DNA from: Octopus vulgaris
Lineage: Eukaryota
Direction: 5' to 3'
Assembly: GCA_951406725.2 (NCBI GenBank)
Contig: OX597824.1
Location: forward strand, 7,192,001-7,256,000
Length of the DNA: 64,000 nucleotides
The notes below the pieces were generated by a model. The model had not been told where the DNA came from and searched no databases. It saw only the letters and a list, made by a program, of their open reading frames with translations. The position numbers and the translations under genes are program-made. Positions 55,889 through 64,000 of this stretch are shown piece after piece (position 1 is the stretch's first letter; each line of letters opens with the position of its first letter).

Positions 55889-56734
55889 TGAATACACACA
55901 CACACACACACATACATACATACAAACAGTGTTAAATTGATAACTGATAGCAACTAAAACTATGTTCGTTAGATATATGTTAAATTAATGAACAATTAAC
56001 ACTATTTTGTGAAAATCCCCTCCCTCGGGTTAAATTCACTGAATATATTCTGAACCAAAAAGAAAAAAAAAAAGAAGAAAAATCTCAAATGAGAATCATT
56101 ATTAAAAAAGAAAGAACAACATTTGTTAATTAGTCATTTTGTATTTAATACCTAACTTAAATGAATAACTAACTAATGATGGTGGTGGTGGTGGTGGTGG
56201 TGAACACATTGATACAGGAATATATAACCTGCAGAACTGAAGAATATTATCAGAAAGATTTGGAAATAAATGAAAAGCAACAGAGAAAACGAAAATTTAA
56301 ATATAATTTTCAAATAAAGTAAATATGGTGAGTAGAAAACAAATTTAATATTCTTTTCAATGCTCGATTCCAAAATGAAAAACACAATGTGTAATTGAAT
56401 TTTCTGACGCTTTGTGGTTACTGGGTTTTTATTTTTTTTTTTGTTTTTTTTTTTTGTTTTGTGCTATTGTTTTTATGCAGTCTGTTGGAATGTCGAATAC
56501 CATTTCAGTTTGCACTTTCCTTTTAGGAAAATTCACTAAACTCCAACTAGCTTTCATCTTCCTCATCAGAAAGTTATTACCATCTTTGGCAGTTATCATA
56601 TTTTAATAATCATCACGTTTTTTTTTGTTTTTTTTTAATTTTTACAATCGTTAAATCATTATAATTTACATCTGTAAATCATCGTAATTATTTTTTTTAT
56701 TTTACATTAAGTAAATGCTGTGCTCTTTCTCCTT

Positions 56735-56770
<36 letters not shown>

Positions 56771-56779
56771 ACACAGATA

Positions 56780-56833
<54 letters not shown>

Positions 56834-56854
56834 GATATACATGTATATATACAT

Positions 56855-56923
<69 letters not shown>

Positions 56924-57192
56924 CACACATATATATATTCTTAGTTCTTCCCATGAATTACCATGCTATTTCATTTCATTCTACTTTCAAATGTCTTACT
57001 ATAGCCTCATGCGGGGTTATTCTTTGTTCCGACATGGATGTATGATGTAAAGAGAAGACTACTCCATGCTGTTAAACATCTGCTTTGATCTGGCGGTGGT
57101 GGTGGTGGTGATGGAAGAAACTTTGTGGTAGAAGCTACAACGGTAACATCAAACAAGAATATATATAAAAGGAAAAACTTAAATAAACTTAC

Positions 57193-57350
57193 TGTGAACT
57201 TTCAAAGAGTCTTGACAACATGGCTGAAAGAACGGGTAAATCTGCCATGATGGCTGTCGTGATAACAGCATTCGAAACATCATTGATCTGCTGTCCAGCT
57301 TTTAAACTGCCACCAGTTGATGGTTTTAACCCCAAAATCCATACTAAATG
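57193..57350 (-). CDS. MON2: MON2 internal exon (158 bp, phase 0/2): [52 protein letters not shown](Q)
   Basis: Acceptor tttctttttctctag, donor gtaagt. In frame with the 60211-60315 exon across a 2860-bp intron. Matches recalled human [18 protein letters not shown]...[23 protein letters not shown]. Confidence 0.95.
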
Positions 57351-58858
57351 CTAGAGAAAAAGAAATGTGCGAAAAAGAGAAAAAGAAGATCCTTAGACAT
57401 TATGCAAATATGAGGTTTTTCAAATGTGTGGCTTTAGGAGTATGATTTACCTCTATGCAAAACAGATAATTTTTTTTTATTTTTATTTTATTAATGAAAC
57501 CTTTTCTAATGTTCATTTTAGCTAGAATTAAATCCTTTATTGAATTCAAATTCAGATTCAAACTAGGATTTGTTTATTCATGGCCAAAATTGAATAACCA
57601 AAGCTCCTGCCATGATTATCTTGTAGTTTGTTTAATCCATTTATTCAAATCATCAGCATGCTTTTTTTTTTTTATTATTATTTTTTTTTTGTTAATGTGA
57701 GCTTTAATTTCAATCATTCTTCTTGTACTATCACCAGAAAAAAGATATGAATGGCATTTGAAAAAAAAAAAAAAAGAAATCTTGTATTCAGGTTTGATTT
57801 CATGATTTGCCATAAATATTCAATAGGATTTAGCTGTACATACAAATCATACCAAAAGAATATCAGAATTTTCTGGTCTTTGAGAGAAAAGAAATTTAGT
57901 AATTTAGTAAAATGAGTAGGAACACTGTCATACTGATGGATTAGCAGACTGGATTAAAAAAGATTTTGCATAAAGAGAAGATGCTTTCCTTTTTATATAA
58001 AATTCTCTCTTCAAGCAGTAACACTTTCCTTCGAAAGAAGGAACATTCTAACTAACTTCAGTGGTGAAAAACTTTTATATCATTCTGACAGCAATCTATA
58101 AATATTCATTGCAATTGTCTTTGAAATGTTTCCTTTGATCTTCTAGGATATCAATGATGATCATCAAGGAGAAAGAAAACTTTTAATTCATTTTGGTCCA
58201 TTTCATTGTATATAATTCCAAGAGATCGCAACTGGCAACCCCAACTCTATATTTCACTTCTTTTTAACCCTTTAACATTCAGTTTACTCTGTCAAACACA
58301 AGGCTTATTAATTCACATTGTTTTGAATTAATCCTGCATTATCTTGTGACTGAGATTTCTATGATGCGATTATTGCTAGAATGACAGGTGCGAAATCTCA
58401 GATCTAGTCATCCTGATGTTTTGGGTCCGATAGAGTTAAAGGGCTTTTCAATAATGGTGTGTTTGGATTTAGATTGATTTCCTCTTACTGTAGCAAAACA
58501 AAATTCTCAGATAAGGGCATGAACTTCCTCTTCCTGACACTTAAAGCTAGATTTATGAACCTTTCTCTATCTCATGAATAGACTGTTTCCATTTTATTTT
58601 TCCTTTAGTAGCCAAACTATCTTCTTTTAAATGCTGACTTTCTCTTTTGATTTCAGTGGAGACAATTCATTAGTTCCTTTCATGCCTGTTTTGCAATGTT
58701 AGTACATAGCTTGAACAAGAATTGCTTCTCGTGGCAGGATTTTATGACCAGATGCTCTTCCTGTAGCTAACCCTCACCTGTTTTCAAGTAAAGGATTTGT
58801 TTTATTCTGCAAGTCTTCAAAAGCATAGAGTGACTAGTGACAACGCTGACAAAGTTTG

Positions 58859-60165
58859 AACCCTTTTGATACCAACCCGGCTGGAACCACCTCTGGCTCT
58901 GTAGTACGAATGTCTTGTTTTCATAAGTTTTGAATTAAAATCTTCCACCAAACCTTAGTCACAATTTATGTTCCTAACACTAGCTTAATGATAATTAAGT
59001 AATTTTACTAAATTCTTTGTTATATTTAAAATTAATTGAAAGAAACACAGAGCATCTCAAAAGAAATACGGTAACGAAAGGGTTAAAATATATAATAGAG
59101 AAACAATTCTTAACCCTTTTGATACCAACCTATCTGGAACTGCCTCTGGCTCTGTAGTACAAATGTCTTGTTTTCATAAGTTTTGAATTAAAATCTTTCA
59201 CCAAACCTTAGTCATAATTTGTGTTCTTAACACTAGCTTAATGATAATTAAGTTATTTTACTAAATTCTTTGTTATACTGAAAATTAATTGAAAGAAACA
59301 CAGAGCATCTCAAAAGAAATACGGTAACGAAAGGGTTAAAATATATAATAGAGAAACAATTCTTAACCCTTTTGATACCAACCTGTCTGGAACTGCCTCT
59401 GGCTCTGTAGTACAAACACAGAGCATCTCAAAATAAATACGGTAACGAAAGGGTTAAAATATATAATAGAGAAACAATTCTTAACCCTTTTGATACCAAC
59501 CTATCTGGAACTGCCTCTGGCTCTGTAGTACAAACACAGAGCATCTCAAAATAAATACGGTAACGAAAGGGTTAAAATATATAATAGAGAAACAATTCTT
59601 AACCCTTTTGATACCAACCTATCTGGAACTGCTTCTGGCTCTGTAGTACAAACACAGAGCATCTCAAAAGAAATACGGTAACGAAAGGGTTAAAATATAT
59701 AATAGAGAAACAATTCTTAACCCTTTTGATACCAACCTATCTGGAACTGCCTCTGGCTCTGTAGTACAAACACAGAGCATCTCAAAAGAAATACGGTAAC
59801 GAAAGGGTTAAAATATATAATAGAGAAACAATTCTTAACCCTTTTGATACCAACCTGTCTGGAACTGCCTCTGGCTCTGTAGTACAAACACAGAGCATCT
59901 CAAAAGAAATACGGTAACGAAAGGGTTAAAATATATAATAGAGAAACAATTCTTAACCCTTTTGATACCAACCTATCTGGAACTGCCTCTGGCTCTGTAG
60001 TACAAACACAGAGCATCTCAAAAGAAATACGGTAACGAAAGGGTTAAAATATATAATAGAGAAACAATTCTTAACCCTTTTGATACCAACCTGTCTGGAA
60101 CTGCCTCTGGCTCTGTAGTACAAACACAGAGCATCTCAAAATAAATACAGTAACAAAAGGGTTAA
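58859..60165. repeat. Tandem array of piggyBac-type MITE: 2 long copies plus 7 internally deleted 118-bp units
   Basis: Each unit is TTAA-CCCTTTTGATACC...GGTAACGAAAGGG-TTAA plus a constant 23-bp spacer. Short units start at 59363, 59481, 59599, 59717, 59835, 59953 and 60071. Confidence 0.92.
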
Positions 60166-60210
60166 CAACAACAATGACGATGAATGCAAAATATGAAGAA
60201 CATTTAATAC

Positions 60211-60315
60211 CTGCAGAGTTGTAAGGACAAGATGCCAAGCTGTTCCCAAAATGCCACCGTGACAGTGAGCCACACTGAGGAGAGCTCGCATACACTGGAT
60301 ATTCTTTGCTGTCAA
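60211..60315 (-). CDS. MON2: MON2 internal exon (105 bp, phase 0/0): [35 protein letters not shown]
   Basis: Minus strand reads ctttttactag|TTGACAGCA...CTGCAG|gtatta, 35 open codons. Matches recalled human MON2 [35 protein letters not shown]. Confidence 0.95.
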
Positions 60316-60444
60316 CTAGTAAAAAGAAAAACAAAAACAAAAAAAACAGAAAATTTAAGAAAAAACATAGCAAGACAAACTTGACCGACTGAAAACATAA
60401 ATAAATGACAAATGTTAAATTGAGGCTGTTATCTAAAAGCAAGA

Positions 60445-60683
60445 TTGACCCCTTAGAACTTAAGCCAGCCATATCCAGCCAAAATATTCCAGCTGTTTTA
60501 TGTTCAAACTGGCCAGATCTGGTCTCTCACACCAACCCTACAATAACACTCTAAAACATTATTTCGTCAAAATCTCAAAGCTACAAGGTGAAGCTTGTAT
60601 TAATTAATTAATTAATTAATTCAGAAAAATGTGAACAAACAAGAATTACTTTTGACAAAATAATGGGAATGCTAAAGAATTAA
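60445..60683 (+). mobile_element. Second TTAA/CCCTT-ended MITE family (related copies ~6165-6382, ~29381-29945 split by a SINE, ~58265-58440 reverse)
   Basis: Shared blocks gccatatccagcc, ccagatctggtctctcacac and aaatctcaaagctac recur among the copies. Confidence 0.6.
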
Positions 60684-60802
60684 GAATAACAAAGGAATTT
60701 TTATTGAATGGTAGACTCTATATTGAGAGCGACCCATTGCCATGAGGCTGGAGGGACCGGATGACCAAATAGTGAGAGCAAAATCAAATTTATTATAAAT
60801 TC

Positions 60803-61049
60803 GTGTTGACTGAGATTTTAAGTTTCACCAAGGTTTCATCAACCAGTGAAGGAAGCTTCACTGCTGGGGTTTATATAGGAAAGGGTTTTCTTTCTTTAGC
60901 AACTTTTACAACCAATGTAAATTACTTCTGTAAGACTCCCGATTTTTAAGGATGTTTTCCTTTTGTTTTTCTATATAAACTCCAGATGTGAAGCATTCCC
61001 CCACCGGTTGAATAAACCATCAAATGAAACTCTAAGACCCAGTCAACAT
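60803..61049. mobile_element. Degenerate long-TIR (foldback/MITE) element
   Basis: tgttgactg...agtttca...ggggtttatatagga is the approximate reverse complement of tctatataaactcc...tgaaact...cagtcaaca. Confidence 0.55.
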
Positions 61050-61050
61050 A

Positions 61051-61406
61051 TTTTTTTTTTTTGCTAGTTTCAGCTCAGAGCTGCAGCCATGTTGGTGCAC
61101 CGCAGTTTTGCTACACTGTTATCACTAAGAGCCTCCTCTAATATGTGGCACTTGGTGAAGAATGGAGTTTGATATAGCTACCCTCATTTGCACCTCTTGC
61201 CATGAGGTAGGTTCATCTGGGACTCTCGACAGGAAGAGGTCCAGCTTTGGTTTAAAAACCCCCACATCTACTTTGTGCAAGTTCCTCAGGCTCTTTGGGA
61301 GAATATTAAAAAGCTGTGGGCCCTTGAAACCCAGGCTGTTGCAGTAACTGGTCCTGAAGCGTGATGGCATTGCTGGGATCTTTAGAACTATGCAGTATCG
61401 TCCCAT
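61051..61406 (-). mobile_element. CR1/L2-group LINE 3' end with poly(A)
   Basis: ORF 61125-61406 NSLGFKGPQLFNILPKSLRN...FKPKLDLFLSRVPDEP, followed by a short UTR and A12. Confidence 0.75.
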
Positions 61407-61442
61407 TTCACAAGAAATAAAAGATATCTAAATTCATTTAAT

Positions 61443-61680
61443 TTAAACCTTTTAATAACAACCTGCCCAAGATAAACCACGTCCACCCCTGCTGGTCTTC
61501 AGTAACAGACTTCCTAATTTAAAGTGATTTAAATTAAAACCTTCCAGCAGAATAATTTTATATTAATTTGGTTTCACCAGATTAAAGTTGACAAAGTTAT
61601 TTTTCTAAATTCTTTATTTTTGAAATTAATTGAATCAAAGGCAGAGTATTTCAACAGGTATATTGTAATGAAATGGTTAA
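61443..61680 (+). mobile_element. Diverged copy of the same TTAA MITE family
   Basis: aaccttttaataacaacctg...aaattaattgaa...gtaatgaaatggttaa. Confidence 0.55.
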
Positions 61681-64000
61681 AGAAAATTAATAATTACAAT
61701 TTTTCCAAATAAAAATTAAATCAAAATTATTTTAATTTAGGAATTTTTTTTTTTGTGTATGTTAGTTTTTTTTTAATATCTGCTGAAATGGAAAATATTG
61801 TGTGGTCAACTTTTATAGCTTTGAATAGTTTTTTTCTGGACTATCATTTAAACTACCCAACAAATCCCATAATGCATTGCTATTTTAACATTTCACATAA
61901 TTTTGTCTTGAAAAACTTCTTTGGTTTTTTTTTTTTTTTTTTTCCTCTTCTTTGAATAACAATTCAAAAACATAACTTTTTTTTACTCATTACTGTCCAT
62001 ACATCTCAACCCAACCAACTCACAACAAAAGATGAAGAAAAAAATAAAGATATTGGTTAATATAGTCTCAGACACAACATGCCCGGGAAAAAGAAAAGCA
62101 CAGAATGATTACAGTGGGAATATCTTTGATCATAGGTTCCATATAACCATGGCAGACACGGACGGGGAAGGAGTCTGGAGCCGTGTAGTTTGATTTATTT
62201 ACTTCTGCTCACTTTTGAGTCTACATTCAATCATTTACCGAATTCCTCTTCCATATATCATTACTAATCACATACACATTCACTTTTACAGAGAACACTC
62301 TCTTTCCATAAAAATGTGTGTGTGTGCATGTGTGTGTGTGCGTGTGTGTGTGTTACTTTCTTTTGTTTTCTTTCAGTTTTGACGCTTCATTTTCCTAAAT
62401 TTCATATTTCATTTGTTCGGCACCTCAAGCAGCATTCAATTAATACTTCAAAAATGATAACAAAATAGATACTTTTTTTTTTCCATCCAATTGATTTTTC
62501 AATCATTAATAGACTTAATTTTTCAACGGACATTTTTTTATTTAAAGAAATAGGTGACATGAGCAGTCAAACTTTTCATTTAATACCCCTCTCCCCTAAA
62601 TTATTAACAATAGTTCAAAGTGAAAATCAATAGTCTTGATTTTTTTTTTTTGTTGTTGTTGTTATTCTTTTGTTAACTGTCTAAACTGACATGCTAAAAA
62701 AAGAAAAAATCGATTCGTCCTGTCTTATGTCACAAAAATAAGACTGTCAAAATATTCTATTATTGAAATTAATATTTAAATTGAATGCAGGCTGGCGACC
62801 ATAACATTTTAAAGTAAATATCTTCTGATAATTTTTAAGTAAACAAACTTTAGAAATTCAGATATAGTAACTTTAAACAACATATGATCAAAATGAATAA
62901 TGCTAAATAATTGCCAAAATCATTTCACTTCAGTTTTTTCTTTCTGTATTTTTAAGAAGAGGCAGCGCATTTATATCATAAACAAATCTATTAACAACAC
63001 ACACAATTTTATTTGAATGAAAATCTAAAACTTGTATGACTTGAAAAGGTATTAAAATATTGGAAAAAGTTTTGTAAAATAAACACAAATTATAGTTATA
63101 AAACAGAAAAATCATTAGCTAAATAACAAAAACACCTAAGGCAGCGTCTGATAAGACTGAGAGGTGGAAATTACAATGTACACAGTATAATGTCACAAAG
63201 TTGGAAGTTGGAGGAAGAACCATAATCTAAAGGAAATCGGCTGCTGATTATGAAGAGATCAATAAAAAGTATCGAGTCACAAACATATTAAGTTCAAGGT
63301 GCACTTATGTTTCTTTTCCGTTTTTCTTTGGCAGCTATTCTTCACAAATTACACTACTTTGCTTCCAGACAACTAAAGCAAGCATTTAGGCAGTTCTTAA
63401 ATCCAGTTTCAATAGCGACAATAAATATCAATATATCACAGACTGACTTGAGATCTTCGAAAACATTCATACACAAATACTGCCTTCGAAACAGAAAAGT
63501 AAAGGGAGAACCAAAACACCAAACACAAAATGGTAATCCTCTGCAATTCAAGAGGTTTTAATCGGTCGTTACATTTCACAATTCTTCTATAAATCAGATG
63601 AAAAGGAAATGACTAAAACTAACAAACGAAAAGCAACACTATATATTATATTCAGCCTTTATATAAAGAGATTTGGAATGACCTCCGAGACAATAAGATA
63701 ACTGAATGCATGTGTTTAAACTTAACATTTAAAAGAACTTTGCTAGTTGTGTGGTTTCAGTGAGATGGCCACAAAGCCCTCATAAATCACCGGGTGAAAC
63801 TTAGCCTAAGCAACAATAGACAAAGAAGCAGGACTTTATCTGCATCGGTTTACACCAGAGGAAATTATATACGCTATATATTATAACCACTGAATTAATG
63901 CCATGAACAATTATGGAACAACCCACGATAATCAAGCTAGTGTTTCATAGACAAACAACTCTGTTATGTGCGTGTGTAAGGAATTTATGTAAAATACGAA

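Noticed and set aside
58859-60165. CRISPR-like repeat/spacer appearance
   Set aside because: Spacers are identical, units carry transposon TIRs and TTAA, there are no cas genes, and the context is eukaryotic.

Overview
AT-rich eukaryotic genomic DNA dense in (TA)n/(CA)n/(TAA)n/(CAT)n microsatellites and tRNA-derived SINEs. The repeat landscape looks like an octopod cephalopod (inference from recalled repeat families, not verified). The only host coding sequence I can support is two minus-strand exons of MON2 (60211-60315 and 57193-57350). I could not find the next expected MON2 exon in 1-57192, so most of the window is probably one very large intron. That stretch is filled with SINEs (often nested, with TSDs), 3' fragments of RTE, CR1-like, R4/Dong and I-like LINEs, a decayed Ty3/gypsy RT, a DD37D (maT) transposon, a non-autonomous Helitron, MITEs and an 18S rRNA pseudogene fragment. 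The most notable non-obvious signals are: (i) type I hammerhead ribozyme folds, one inside a ~346-nt partially tandem, ORF-less Penelope-pLTR/retrozyme-like unit (4211-4668) and one with an extended stem II (8776-8877); (ii) a 1.3-kb tandem array of TTAA-flanked piggyBac-type MITEs ending 45 bp from a MON2 splice donor; (iii) a SINE/LINE shared 3' tail with a compensatorily changed hairpin. Nearly all ORFs in the supplied track are microsatellite or SINE artefacts. Repeat boundaries were set by eye and are approximate.
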